Part shown: in pieces, positions 31,123 to 45,465 of the stretch | Layout of the letters: every line of letters begins with the position of its first letter | Position numbering within the stretch: position 1 is the stretch's first letter | Source: Octopus bimaculoides | Lineage: Eukaryota | NCBI RefSeq assembly: GCF_001194135.2 | Contig: NC_068984.1 | Coordinates: 108,352,207-108,416,206, forward strand | DNA length: 64,000 nucleotides | Direction: 5' to 3' | The notes under the pieces: generated by a model | What the model was told of the DNA's origin: nothing | The model's database searches: none | The model's input: the letters and a program-made list of their open reading frames with translations, nothing else | Position numbers and translations under genes: made by a program

Positions 31123-31505
31123 TGTTGTTGGCACTGCGTCGCTTACGACGTCGAGGGTTCCAGTTGATCCTATCAACGGAACAGCCTGCTCGTGAAATTA
31201 ATGTGAAAGTGGTTGAGCACTCCACAGACACGTGTACCCTTAACGTAGTTCTCAGGGATATTCAGCGTGACACAGTGTGACAAGGCTGGCCCTTCGAATT
31301 ACAGGCACAACAGAAACAGGAAGTAAGAGTGAGAGAAAGTTGTGGTGGAAGAGTACAGCAGGGTTAGCCACCATCCCCTGCCGGAGCCTCATGGAGCTTT
31401 AGGTGTTTTCACTCAATAAACACTCACAACGCCCGGTCTGGGAATTGAAACCACGATCCTATGACTGCGAGTCCACTGCCCTAACCACTGGGCCATTGCG
31501 CCTCC
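31123..31505 (-). mobile_element. SINE family A, full length, inserted into an older repeat
   Basis: Reverse complement of the 57670 copy; TSD ACCCAACCAATG at 31110-31121 and 31506-31517. Confidence 0.85.
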
Positions 31506-34500
31506 ACCCAACCAATGTAAAAAGTGGACATTAACAACACAAATACCCACATCCCCAACTACAATCCCTTACACTACTCCAGATGATGAAGAGTAATATG
31601 GGTAGGTTAATATTCTAGCACACCTTTCTCAAAGGAAAGAAAAAAAACTGACAAATTTGTTCCAGAGATTAAATTGATCTGTGAGCTGCTTCACAAGGGG
31701 GTCTATTTTCTAACCCAAAACATTCACACATAAATGAGGCTATTCCTAAGATTATGCAAGACTAGAGTGTTAGCCATCATGGGTCAATACCAGAAAACAT
31801 GGCACAGATACCATAATTATAGTTTAACATTTATCAAATGAACACTAATTATCAAGAAAAATCTTACTTTAAAATAGAACACAATATTAAAAAAGAAAAA
31901 AATGCAAAAATTACTGTTGGTTTTATATGAAGTTTAGGCACACATACTTCCCAATATAGATATAAAGATTTAGATAGATAATCTCTCTCTCTCTCTACAC
32001 ACACACACACTCCGATTCTTCCTGTTTCACTGTGTGTGTATGTGAATAGTAATCATTTACTCAATATCAGCCACTAAGCACTCATCCTGCACCTCTTCCC
32101 TGAAAAGCATGACTGAAGAAATCAACCAGTCAACCTATCAGTTATCAATTAAATACAGATAGCATACAATCAGGTAAATGTAAACTAAATTTTCATTTAA
32201 CGATCCAAGACTTCTTTGTGAAACCTCTAGTTCTAGGACAGTGCTAAAATCAGAGTATATTTCACAAGTTTGCAAAACAAATGTGCAGAAATTATAATTT
32301 GTATGTGAGAAAGTCCTTAATGAGAGTCCAAAGAGTTTACAAAAACTTGTGACTATAGTCAAGGAAAGGTGCAGCTTGTACAAACTTCCCAATAAAGACT
32401 TGAAACTATTAACACTGCTGAAATTACCAAAGAATTAACCCGTTAGCATTTAAACTGGCCATATCCAGCTCAAATATTTTAGTTGTTTTATATTCAAACC
32501 AACCAGATGCAGCCTCACACCAGCCTTATAATGTCATTCTAACAATAAAAAAAAATCACATCGTCTGAAATTTTAAAAACTATGAGAATGAATGATAAAT
32601 TCAAAACAATGTGAATAAATAAGCACTACATATGACAGAGTAATCTGAAAAGGGTTAATGGGTGACAGACTTAATTCCACTGCTTGATTTAACACCTATT
32701 TAGCCCTGGGTGCATGCATTGAAGATAAAATTCCAGTTCAAAGTACAACTTCCACCTATTCTGCTACCAGTCACAGATAGTGAAAGTTGCTCCTCTTCTA
32801 ATTGAAAAAGGGGAAAAAAAAAAAGAAAAAAATCCCACATATTCATTCTGCTTTAGCACACTTCAACATGACTCCAGATTTTACATTGGAAAAATAAATA
32901 TCATGCCAATTTTATTAAATGCAGATCTCTCATGTACTGCAATGTCTGTTTTGCAATTCTCTGATGATTGGAAAAGGCACACTAACAAAATGATAAACAA
33001 TGGATCAGTTCTACTACACCTTCAACTGGAGTGGCTACTTGTAGCATAAGAGGGATTTTCTTTCGTGCTTGGTAAGATAAAGTGTTTAAAAAAAATAAAG
33101 GAAGTTAGTGGAGTAGCTGAAACAGCAGACTGTTAAACCAAATGAATCTTGGCATTAAGCTATATTTCACTCATTTTAAGTCCTCTGCTGCTGACCTCTC
33201 ACCCTGGGTAATGATGTCTTTTATTCCCTTGGTTGATAAAATAGCACCAGTAATATGTTTGGGAGTGATTAAGTATGTCATAATACCTATCCACTAATTT
33301 GTGGCCTTGACTTCATAATGAAATTACTATTTAACCTCAATTTTAATCATGCTAGTAAGAAGAGGATGCTTTTTCCCAAAGCTGCACATTAGTATACTGT
33401 TACAACAATCGCTTTCTTTACTGCCAACTATACTTCTACAACTACTGCACTCTGTGAAGCAGTAATGGAACCTATTAGTCAATCAAGTAGATTAAAACAT
33501 GCAACTTAATCACTCACTATAGCCATTATGTGAACAAACAGGTTCACATAATGGATGACATAAACCTAACACCATGACCTGGTTATTGGGTGCACCAATC
33601 AGAATTCATTCTGTTCCAAGCATACCCTCAGTTCTTTTTCTTCTCACAGCCCCCATATAGTTAACTGCATCCATCTTATCAGTTTAAGGTCTGGTTCACT
33701 GTTCTCTCCGAAATGACTAACAGTCCCACTTTAATCTCACTATTAAAACACTGAAATGAGATACTACAAGGAATGTGAACAAAGTCCCTTCTTCTGCTTT
33801 GATAAATGGAACAAAAGCATAGTTTATGCCATTAATATAACTCATAGGATCTCTTAAAATTTCAGAAACTAGTCCCCCCCCTCCTGTTTCCTGCTCTGTT
33901 TAATTCGAATGCCTGCATTAGGATTCATAAGATCCTGAAATCTTGAAAGACCGTATTGAAAATGTACTATTTGTTATTAATTAAAATTATTCCAGTTGCT
34001 TAGGGAAACAAAAACAAAATTAAAGGATGGAGGAACAATTATACAGCATGAGAATAACAAATCAAATTAAGGCCAACAAAGGATAAACACCAGCAGTTTT
34101 CAAATTGTATAAACACAAACACACTTTTTTTTTAATTTTTAAGACACAAGGAAGGAACTCGAAGCAGTAAAAATAAAACTATGACATGTAAAATACTTCT
34201 TGTGCATTAAAAACCACACCATCCTCACCATCATTTAACAATCATTTTCTGTACTGGCATGTGCTGGATGATTTGACAGGATCCAACCAACTGGCAGACT
34301 GTGGTGGACTCCAATGTTGGCTTTGAAATGGTTTCTATGACTGGATGTGCAACCACTTTACAGAGTGTGTTAAATGCATTTTTTCTGACACCAACATAAA
34401 TGAGGTCACCAAGTAATTTGCAAGGCAAAGGAAAAAAGAAGACCCGTTGACTGAGTGGGGTTGTAAAAGGAGAAGTGGTTTTATGGCATGTATTGAGAGG

Positions 34501-35756
34501 CTAAAATATGATAGAGGGACAGGCACAGGTGCCTTGTTATACAAGAGATACATAACTACTTTGCATTATATAGGCACATGTAGATAGAGATGTTGGTTAC
34601 AAAGTGTCAAAGAATACTCTTAAGATACAAGGTGAGTATAATAGAGAATATGGTCTGCAGACCAGAAGGGGTGGGTATGAGAAAGGGAGTGACATGATTA
34701 GCATTGAAAATTTTGCAGTACCATCCTGATGTACAGAGATCTAATGAACCCACATCACATTAGCTTTTTGAGTTTAATGAACTCACTACTAGTACTTCAC
34801 TATAACCTTACTATAGATGGGATTTAAGCAAAGTGAAGAATTTGAACCCAGAATATAAAGAGCTGGAACAGGTACATGTCATCTCATTCAAAGTTCTAAC
34901 AATTCTGTTAATTCATTGGCCTTTTATCAACCCATGAAAGAACAAGAGGCAAAGTTGACTACAGAGTAACCTGAACTCCATACAGAGAACTGGAAAAAAT
35001 ACAAAGTACTTTATGTGACACACTAAACTCTATCAAGAGTTTTTCAATGCCACCTTCAGCTTATTTTCTCAGAAAAATTTACATACTTCCTCTTAATGAT
35101 AACACCTACTTCTGTATAAAATAACTTCCTAGTTGGTCGGCATTGCCAATTTGTGATTGTGTTAACCTCACAAATGCATGGTTTTGGGTTCAGTCCCACT
35201 ATGTGGAACCTTGAGTAAATGTCCTCTATTATCGCTCTAGGCCAACCAGTGGTTTGTGAGTGGAATTGGTAGAACTGTATAAAGCACATCATAAATCAGT
35301 GAATATGTAGCTGAATGATTAGGAAGCTAACTTTCCAACCATGTGATTTGGGGTTCAATTTCACTGCACAGCACCTTGGACAAGTGGTCCACCTTGATAA
35401 ACTAACATTTGGGGAACTAGAAACAGCAAAAACAACTTAATTTATCTCAGCAACCAAAAAATACAGGAATGATATCAAATTGAACCAACAGAGAAGCTAT
35501 TCCATAAAAATCATGAACCACTTGACAAAACTCACACACACTGAAAAAGAAGTTGATTTTTCAAACTAAGCCTAAAAACATTTTTATTTGACTTTTGATA
35601 CTAATCTGACTAACACTGCTCCTAGTTGTAAAATACACAACTTGCTCTTTTAAAGTGTATATATTTGAACAAGACTATCAATTCTTGCTTAGATTCATTG
35701 TCCAGATACTTCTGGCTGACAAAACATGTCAAAACACTATGTGTTGTGTGTGTGTG

Positions 35757-36122
35757 TGTTGGCACTCCGTCGCTTACAATGTCGAGGGTTCCAGTCGATC
35801 CGATCAACGGAACAGCCTGCTCATGAAATTAATGTGCAAGTGGCTGAGCACTCCACAGACACGTGTACCCTTAACGTAGTTCTCAGGGATATTCAGCATG
35901 ACACAGTGTGACAAGGCTGACCCTTTGAATTACAGGCACAACAGAAACAGGAAGTAAGAGTGAGAGAAAGTTGTGGTGAAAGAGTACAGCAGGGTTCGCC
36001 ACCATCCCCTGCCGGAGCCTTGTGGAGCTTTAGGTGTTTTCGCTCAATAAACACTCACAACACCCGGTCTGGGAATCGAAACCGCGAGTCCGCTGCCCTA
36101 ACCACTGGGCCATTGCACCTCC
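35757..36122 (-). mobile_element. SINE family A copy
   Basis: Near-identical to the 31123 copy, with a short deletion in the tRNA-like head. Confidence 0.85.
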
Positions 36123-36729
36123 ACCAAAAGACTATGTATTAATGAATCAAATGTGTTATGCACAGCCATTGTAAAAGAGACACTGCACTTATAACAAACA
36201 ACAGCAATAAGCATATCTATGTTTGAACCTGCTAGAACACATTATGAATAAATATACAAGCCGTTGTACATTTAAACAGTTTTACCTCAGAAACTTTAGT
36301 TGTTTCTAACAGTTTAATTCTTGATAACTACACGAGTGCACCATTACCATATTTCTTACTGAAATATACTACCTTTTGTGTATACCGATATACACAACCT
36401 TCAATTAATTTTGAAAATAATTAAGAATTTATTAAAATAACTGTCACTATTAAGCTGACAGAAGAAATTAACACGAAATTTTGATGGGAGGTTTTAATTA
36501 TTAAGATCCTTTTAAAACAGAGTTTGTGTCGTAGAACCAGAGGCAGTTTCCAATAGACCCGTATCAAAAATGTTAAAGTAGTTTTAGTAAAAACCTTCCA
36601 TTGTCATTTCATTAATCTATGATCTAAGCACCAGATTACTTAAGTTATTTTACTAAATTATCCATTATTTCCAAAATTAATAGAAATTCTTAATCATTAA
36701 TTTTAATTAACTGAAATTCAGTTTACAAA

Positions 36730-37130
36730 CCTATCCTTGCCAATGGTCATGAATGTCATGTAATGACAAAGAGCATGATTGCAAATACAAGCAGAGGAAA
36801 TGGGGATCTTCCAAAGGATCTCTGGAGTAACGTTACCCAACAGGAAATCTCTCCAGGTCAAGCTGCTACTTATCTGCATTGAGAGGTCACTGCTCTGATA
36901 CTATGGACATGTGAATAGAATGTCACAGAAAAGAAATGCAAGACAGATTCTTCAAACCAAGTCAAAGGAGACTTAAGGGTAGACCTTGAGTGAGGTGATT
37001 GGATAATATCCAAAGTCTCAGTTGGTCATGCTTGGGAATCCAACTGGAAAGTATAATGACAGTTGCTTCTGATAAGACCCTATGGGGGAGAGGCCTTCAC
37101 AACCCTTCAAGGAACAGTGAGCAGAGAAGA
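36730..37130 (+). mobile_element. Old RTE/Rex3-type LINE 3' fragment
   Basis: Degenerate translation EMGIFQRISGVTL...IERSLL*YYGHVNRM, resembling the RWFGHV.RM region of RTE-type ORFs. Confidence 0.55.
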
Positions 37131-38521
37131 TAGATGGATGAAATTAAAGCAGAAACTGTGAGGTTAATTAGAAATTGCCATGCAGTGAGATTTAATCTCA
37201 GACTGGATCGTTATAAAACAAACTTCTGAACCATTAGGCCATATTGTGCCTGAATAATGAAGACATAGTATACATACAAGTAACAATGGTTAAATAATAT
37301 ATTGGGCCTCTCACACTTTACTCCACAATATCATTCTAAAAATAAAATATCCTACCAAAATCTCAAAGGTATGAGAAAATGCATGATTAGTTCAAAACAA
37401 TGGGTACAAATAAACATTACACTTGACAGAATAATGCAAATGTTAAAGAATTAACTGAGAAATTGGTATAATCTATTGACGGCAGTTTGGTAGACGGAGA
37501 GAATTTTTTATTCCTTTTTTTTTTATTTAATGGTTTAGAGCAAAAAGGGCACTGATCATGACTCTTCTCAGGGTCTGTGTCAATGATGAGTGATTTATCC
37601 TCTCAGACTGGAAACTGGATCAAATATTTTCAGTAGAGTGGAATTCCCTAAAAGATACCAGAGGGCAAATTGTCTTATTAAAGTTTAAAACTTTCATTCA
37701 AGAATTCTAAAATAAAAAAGAAACAGCAATGTTGGAGAAGTACCGATGAACCATGTCTACCAACATGTTTGAGATAGGAGACAAACTTTAAGGGTTCACA
37801 GAGAGAAAATAAATGTCATTTTCACAAGAGATTATGTCTTCTCATCATTCAATGTCCACTTTTATGTGTTGATGCCACATAAAAGACACCTGGTACACTC
37901 TGTGGAGTGGCTGGCATTTGAAAGGGCATCCAGCCATAGAAAGCATGCCAGAACAGACAAAGAAACCTGGTGCAACTCCCAGCCTTACCAGCACTGATCA
38001 AACTGTCCAATCCATGCCAGCATGGAAAACAGACATTAAATTGTGATGATGATTTTCCACACCAGATGGCCTTCCTGTTACTAACCCTAATTTGTTTCCA
38101 AGTAAAGTAATATTACCCCAAGGCCAGGCCAGACATGTTTTTGACAGAGGATTGGAAATGAATACCAGCTTGTATGATGGTGATAGTTGCTTGCAACCAT
38201 CATGTGATGTCAAGACAAAGAAACACAGAGAAAGCTTCTATTAATTTCCATCTACCAAACCCATTTACAAGGCTTTGGTCAGCTCAGAGGTATAACAGAA
38301 AATATTTTCCTAAAGTGCTATGCAGTGGAACTGAACCTAAAACCATGTGGTTGGGAGTGAACTACTCAACCACACACACCCACACCTGTGCATACAGTTT
38401 TCAAAGTTCAAGAGACGTTACGAAGTGTCTAACTATATGCTGTTTAGGGTAGTTGTCATTTACAGTGAACACATGGGTCTTGCAAGTAATGAATGTGCAT
38501 GGACAATAAGCATCAAAAAGA

Positions 38522-38744
38522 TGTTGTTGGCACTCCATCGCTTACGACGACGAGGGTTCCAGTTGATCTGATCAACGGAACAGCCTGCTCGTGAAATTAA
38601 CGTGCAGTGGCTGAGCACTCCACAGACACGTGTACCCTTAGAGTAGTTCTCGGGGATATTCAGCGTGACAAGGCTTACCCTTTGAATTACAGGCACAACA
38701 GAAACAGGAAGTAAGAGTGAGAGAAAGTTGTGGTGAAAGAGTAC
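38522..38744 (-). mobile_element. SINE family A, 3' part (head in the gap)
   Basis: Matches the other family A copies up to the N-gap. Confidence 0.8.
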
Positions 38745-39273
38745 NNNNNNNNNNNNNNNNNNNNNNNNNNNNNNNNNNNNNNNNNNNNNNNNNNNNNNNN
38801 NNNNNNNNNNNNNNNNNNNNNNNNNNNNNNNNNNNNNNNNNNNNNNNNNNNNNNNNNNNNNNNNNNNNNNNNNNNNNNNNNNNNNNNNNNNNNNNNNNNN
38901 NNNNNNNNNNNNNNNNNNNNNNNNNNNNNNNNNNNNNNNNNNNNNNNNNNNNNNNNNNNNNNNNNNNNNNNNNNNNNNNNNNNNNNNNNNNNNNNNNNNN
39001 NNNNNNNNNNNNNNNNNNNNNNNNNNNNNNNNNNNNNNNNNNNNNNNNNNNNNNNNNNNNNNNNNNNNNNNNNNNNNNNNNNNNNNNNNNNNNNNNNNNN
39101 NNNNNNNNNNNNNNNNNNNNNNNNNNNNNNNNNNNNNNNNNNNNNNNNNNNNNNNNNNNNNNNNNNNNNNNNNNNNNNNNNNNNNNNNNNNNNNNNNNNN
39201 NNNNNNNNNNNNNNNNNNNNNNNNNNNNNNNNNNNNNNNNNNNNNNNNNNNNNNNNNNNNNNNNNNNNNNNNN

Positions 39274-39552
39274 CCTAAAGCTCCACGAGGCTCTGGCAGG
39301 GGATGGTGGCGAACCCTGCTGTACTCTTCCACCACAACTTTCTCTCACTCTTACTTCCTGTTTCTGTTGTGCCTGTAATTCAAAGGGCCAACCTTGTCAC
39401 ACTGTGTCACGCTGAATATCCCCGACAACTACGTTAAGGGTACACGTCTGTGGAGTGCTCAGCCACTTGCACGTTCATTTCATGAGCAGGCTGTTCCGTT
39501 GATTGGATCAACTGGAACCCTCAACGTTGTAAGCGACAGAGTGCCAACAACA
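39274..39552 (+). mobile_element. SINE family A, 3' part (head in the gap), inverted relative to the 38522 copy
   Basis: Matches the 57670 copy from CCTAAAGCTCCACGAGG to GCCAACAACA. Confidence 0.8.
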
Positions 39553-39727
39553 TTTTTCATTCCACAGATACATATCTGCTAATCTATTTGTTTACTGGAG
39601 AATATAAATAATGCTATTGTTTTTTGTTTAGATAGTATGAAGACTCACAAAATTGACATTTACATGTGTGTTTGTGCATGCATGCACATATATGTTTATA
39701 TGTATGTCTAAGTGTATATATCTTTTA

Positions 39728-40138
39728 TCTTTTACTTGTTTCAGCTGTTAGACTGTGGTCATGCCGGAGCACCACCTTGAAGCATTTTTAGTCAAATGAA
39801 TCGACCCCAGTACTTCTTTTTTAGATATAAACACACCAACACCGGTTGTTAAGCAATGGTGGGGGACAAACAGATATACACAGATGTGTATGTGTGTGTG
39901 TATAATGGGGTTCTTTCAGTTTCTGTCTACCAAATTCACTCACAAAGCTTTGTTGGTCTGAGGCTATTATAGAAGACACTTGCCCAAGGTAAACATGTAT
40001 ATATGCATATACATATGATATCAGTACAGTTTCTGCTAAAGCAGAAAACATTTGCCTAAGACATCACACACAGGAATTGAGCTCATAAGCACATGTCTGT
40101 GAAATGAACTTAGTAACCATAGAGACATACCTACACCT
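39728..40138 (-). mobile_element. SINE family C (tRNA-like head, CCTTGGGCAAGTG body, ...GAAACAAGTAAAAGA tail)
   Basis: The most abundant family in the window, with further copies or fragments near 19800, 26676, 14560, 20720, 30520, 47990 and 61215. Confidence 0.7.
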
Positions 40139-40439
40139 ATTATGTTGATGTATACACTCATATGGTGCATACAGGTTAGATGTTTCTGTAATTAACTGAC
40201 TTCCAACTTCAATTCAGTTTAGTTTCAATGTTGGAGCAGGATGGTACCTCAAGATTATTCTCGGAGAACTTTCAACTTCAATTTTAAGTTGAACAATTTT
40301 GTCGTAAGAGAGGATACAAGGGCGTCACAGTGTATAAATTAGTAAATTTGGTGTGCAAAACGTTTAGTCTCCTTACTGCTAAAACACAATAATTGCAATT
40401 ACTAATCTAGCAAACTCTTAATATTAGTAAATTAAAATA

Positions 40440-40646
40440 AGGCAGTGAGCTGGCAGAATCGTTAGCACACCAGGCAAAATGTTTAGCAGCATTTTGTCTG
40501 TTGTTACAGTCAAATTTCTTCAAGGTCAACTTTGCCTTTCATCCTTTCAGGGTTGATGAAATAAGTATCAGTTGAACACTCGGGTTGATCTAATCAACCT
40601 ATCTCTCCTCCAAAATTGCTGACCTTGTGCCAAAATTTGAAAGCAG
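40440..40646 (+). mobile_element. SINE family E (GGCAGTGAGCTGGCAGAATCGTTAGC head)
   Basis: TSD TATTAGTAAATTAAA at 40422-40436 and 40647-40661. Confidence 0.75.
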
Positions 40647-40895
40647 TATTAGTAAATTAAATAATGAAGCTGGCATGGCTGTGTGGTCAAGAAGTTTTCT
40701 TCCCAATCTAATGGTTTCAAGTTAAGTATCTCTATGTGGCACCTGCAGCAAGTGTTCTCAATGACAATGTTAGGCCAATCAAAACCTTTTGAGTGGACTT
40801 GGTATACAGAAACTGAAAGAAGCACATCATATATAAGTGTATATGTACATTTGTCTTGATATCTGTGATGGTTGTAAACAAGCATCATCATCATA

Positions 40896-41094
40896 ACCTT
40901 TTCTATAGGCACAAGGCCTGAAATTTGCCGGGTGGGGCAGTCGATTAGATCAACTGAAGTATGCAACTGGTACTTTATTGACCCCAAAAGGATGAAAGGC
41001 AAAGTCAACCTCGGCGGAATTTGAACTCAGAACATAAAAAACAGACAAAATACCGCTAAGCATTTTACCCAGCATGCTCATGATTCTGCCAGCT
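40896..41094 (-). mobile_element. SINE family E, inverted relative to the 40440 copy
   Basis: Its reverse complement aligns by eye along the whole 40440 copy. Confidence 0.7.
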
Positions 41095-41720
41095 AAGCAA
41101 TGCTCGTTTCCAATTTTTCATGAAAAACATCTGGCCATGGGGAAATATTACCTTGCTTGGTAAAGGTCAGTTACAGGAGGGGTATCTGGCTTTGATACAA
41201 ACAAGGATAGAAAAGTGGACATTAAATGACAATAGTTGCATTTTGCTTTTGAAACTGAAACATGCTCTTCAGATCAACAATATACATTAACAAAATATTT
41301 ATTCCCACTTAAACATGGATGTTCTGTTAGAACAAACTATATTGTGGTATATAACACCAGAGAAACTCTCATGTTGGCTTTTGGAAATATAGCGTCTTGG
41401 TCCTGGAGATGGTGGGGATTTATCTCTCCATAGGCAATATAAACAAGCATACATTTTGCACCAAAAGCCAATATGAAAGTCTCTCTCATGGTATCTGCTG
41501 CAGTATAGTTTGTTCCAACAGTACATCCACGTTTTAAGTGAGGATATATATTACCTCTTGGTATCAATACTGCCTGTTACTAATATATACAGTAATGCCT
41601 CAATATCCGAGTTAATTTGTTTCCAGAGACCACTCATAGAGCAGAGCAATAATTTCCCATAGTAGCAATATTATAAATCATAATTCATTCTCAGAAAGGT
41701 ATTTTACCTATAAAATTTAT

Positions 41721-42059
41721 AAGGAGACCCCTTTTGGTCATGAATGACTATGGGATTGCACCTGGAAAGCTACCCTCCGAGGCACAGGTCCGGACAAGGT
41801 TGTTTATGGAAGGCCAGTAGTTGCCCATGCATGCCAGACTTCCCTCTTCACACCACTGATGTTATCCAAGGGAAAGGCAAAGGCTGATACAGCTTGGCAC
41901 CAGTGATGTCGCAATTCATTTCTACAGCTGAGTTAACTGGAGCAACATGAAATAAAATGTCTTGCTCAAGAACACAATATGCAGCCCAGGCCGGGAATCA
42001 AACTCACAACCTCACAATCATAAGCTCAGTGCTCTAACCACTGAGCCATGCACCTTCAC
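41721..42059 (-). mobile_element. tRNA-derived SINE with a CORE-like central domain (OR2-like)
   Basis: Head GTGAAGGTGCATGGCTCAGTGGTTAGAGC; core TTGTGTTCTTGAGCAAGACA...CTCCAGTTAACTCAGCTGTAGAAATG; AAATTTATAA on both flanks. Confidence 0.65.
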
Positions 42060-43210
42060 TAAATTTATAATATCCATGAATAAATGGTAATAAAACAACA
42101 GTAGAATGTAAAGAATATTTTATATAAAGAGAATGTCAAGATCAGTTATAATAAAAAAAATATTATTATAATCATTTTCTGAATCACTTTCACTCACACT
42201 AGACTTGCACACACCATCACTTGTAGACTTCTTTTTAAAAAAACAAGTCTAGAGTTGCTTGCTTAGAAGCATTTTTTCTCTCTCTTTAAATTTCTTGGTA
42301 ACATGCAAAAGCATTTGTTATAGTAGTAGGAACTTATGCACTTCATTCAATATTTGCATCTTGTACTTGAAAAGTAAAACTCAAACTTGGAGTCTCATAA
42401 AGCAGGTCCTCAAAAAGTGAGGTATTACTGTAGATATTATCAGAATATCATCTGGTAGAAAATTCCTCCCAAGAAAACTTTAGATATGTTGGGACAGCTA
42501 TGAAAATAATGTCTGGATTTGGGTGACCTTGTTTAAAGATGACAACCTACAAATTACTAGGTAATCATTCATAACCCTTTTGATATTCAATCTCTAAGAC
42601 TATCACACCATCACTAGTTCTGTCATGCAAAAACCACAAGTGATCATATTTAAATTAAAACTTTCCATCATATATTGTATCTAAGGACATTTTAAGTTAT
42701 GTTCTAAACACCAGCTTAATATACCAATAAATGAACAAGTCAAGAAGGTTGCCTGTGTATCTACAAGTTCACTTCACTAGCTAGAAATAGCAACCAAATC
42801 TCCCACTTAAACTTTGTCTTGAAAAAAGAAAAAGGTACACTAGGTCATGTAGTCCTCAGATAACCCTAAAAAAGAAGGGATGGTAATGACTGGAATGTTT
42901 TTGATTGCATGCCTACTCAATCGGGTTGACCTGGGGTTAAAGGACAACAATAACCAGTGAATGGAAAAGTTGTTTGGCTAAATCCCATCACATTTCCATT
43001 ATCGATCACAAGAATTAAACTATCGAATATTTTTAATTTTAACAGAGTTGAGATGAACTTTTCGGTGCCAATGAACGAAAAGAATCAACAAAGAGTAAAG
43101 AGGACTTGTCAGTCTTGTTGGAGAGGGAAAACAATCCTACCAAGTCAGTGCCATAGTTTCAGATTGTGATGACTTGTCCAACCCATGCTAGTATGGAAAT
43201 CATTATTCGT

Positions 43211-43381
43211 TTAACCCTTTAACATTCAGATTAATCTTGTAGCTTTGAGATTTCGATGTTGTGATTTCATTTTCAGAAAAACACTGTAGTGTAGATCTGA
43301 AATGATGGATCTGGCCAGTTTGAATATAAAACAGGAAGAATATCTGGGCTGGATTTGGCCAGTTAAATGCTAAAGGGTTAA
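43211..43381. mobile_element. Second piggyBac-type MITE family (TTAA|CCCTTTA...TAAAGGG|TTAA)
   Basis: Perfect TTAA on both flanks; other copies at 32435-32658 and 29366-29591. Confidence 0.65.
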
Positions 43382-45167
43382 TGACCACTTTCCCATACTC
43401 ACATGGATCAGACAGAATTTTATCGAAATTCTTGTCACCAACCCCCACCTGTTTCCTGGAATGGTAATATTCCCCATGACAAGATAGCATGTAATGTCAA
43501 GGCAAGGAGACAATGTTACACACTTTCATCTACCAAACCCTCAAGGTATTCATTGACCCAAGGTGCCATACAGTAGGACTGAATCCCAAACAACATAGTT
43601 GGGAAGCAAGGTTCTTACCACACAACCATGCTTGTGGATGTAAAATGAAGAGGATATTCTTTTTTTCTTCTTTCATGTCTCATTGTAATTAATATTTCTC
43701 ACATAACTACAAGCCAAAAACTATTTTTATTCTCCACACTAACATCAGAAACGAATAAAACTGCATTCAAATCAAAGTTACAAGATAGCTCTTTCCTGTT
43801 GAATTGTAAACTCAATTTTATTCTCCAACTTATGTAGAGTATCAACCTACCCTATTGTAAACAAGCCTGACTTTTGAATCAACAGACATAATAGTTCAAT
43901 TAAGATACATGAAGAATACCCATTAAATCACTCCTCTTGAAATAAACGTACAACTGCTAATTATAGCCATATAGTCCACTTACTCCTTATCTTCTTTCCT
44001 TGTAGAGAGTAACAAATGGCCTCTGATATATCAACCAATCCTCACTCTACCATCACCAAAGTTTAACTCTTTCTTTAAAAAAACTTTGGCAATGGAAACT
44101 AAACATTTCTACAAGGTCCAAGTTTGGTTTTACAATTTAAAGGAAAAAAACCAAAAAACAAAACAAAATAATGAGCCTCAATTCCTTAAGAAACCTTTTA
44201 ATTGTGCCAGAAAGATGGAGTTTATTAAAGTAGATTTTCTATAGATGGATACTCTTGTTGACAATGCTTATCTTTTTTCCAAATAAGGTAATATTTCCCC
44301 CACGGTCACAGAATCTTGAAAAAGAATGACAATGTTTGTATGACAGTGACATTTATTTACAACTATCAACGCCATGTCAAGACAAGGAGAGAAACACAAA
44401 CACACATTTGCCAAAGTGCCATGCAATGTGATTGAATGCAAAACCTATGTGGTTGGGCAGACATCTTAACTCTACAGCCAAACCTGTGTCCATAATTAAT
44501 AATGAAAATTCACTTATAAATCCTAAAGGTTCATTGCATTGTTACTTAATTATGCACTGTGAAGCAAATGAGAATATCTCTATCTCAATAGTCAGCCATA
44601 GATAACTCCTCACTAAAAGAAATGCCAACACAAAGACCCACTCTACAACTAACCTTTGCAGAAATGGGCCAAAATACAGATAACATGTTTGACCTAAATC
44701 CATGTGTTGGTATGCCAATACCACAGTGATTTCAGCTGAATAAAAACTAGCCAGCCATACTGTATGCCTCTGCTCAGCATATTGAGTAGGTTTTGAAAGT
44801 CTTCAAAAAAAAAAAAAAAAAAAAAAANNNNNNNNNNAAAAAAAGGGGGGGGGGTATTTTGCAATATCATCAGTTCCATTTTCCACACTCAAATAGAATT
44901 CGTTGAGAGATTTTTTAATCACATGTCCCTCCTGTTGCCAACACCCGCTGTTTCCAAGTAAGGTAATATTTCACCATCTCATGTCAAAGCAAGGAGACTA
45001 CCACATGCAGACACGGTGGCTTCTTTCAGCCACTTTCGACAAAATCCACTCACAAAGCTTTAGTAGACCTGAAAACATTGTAGAAAACACTAGCCCACTC
45101 TTTGTGCCACACTGTAGAACTGAACCCAGAACCATGTAGTTGGGAAGTAAACTACATACCACACAAC

Positions 45168-45465
45168 CATCATCATCATCATCGTTTAACGTCCGCTTTC
45201 CATACTAGCATGGGTTGGACGATTTGACTGAGGACTGGTGAACCAGATGGCTACACCAGGCTTCAGTCCGATTTGGCAGAGATTCTACAGCTGGATGCCC
45301 TTCCTAACGCCAACCACTCCAAGAGTGTAGTGGGTGCTTTTACGTGCCACTGACATGAAGGCCAGTCAGGCGGTACTGGCAACGGTCACGCTCAAAATGG
45401 TGTATTTTACATGCCACCTGCACAGGAGCCAGTTCAGCGGCACTGGCAACGATCTCGCTCAAATG
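45168..45465 (-). mobile_element. Retroposon family B, young copy
   Basis: Reverse complement of the 23419 copy. Confidence 0.75.

Noticed and set aside
38460-39415. Long ORFs spanning the 38745-39273 gap
   Set aside because: They are made of X residues plus SINE sequence.
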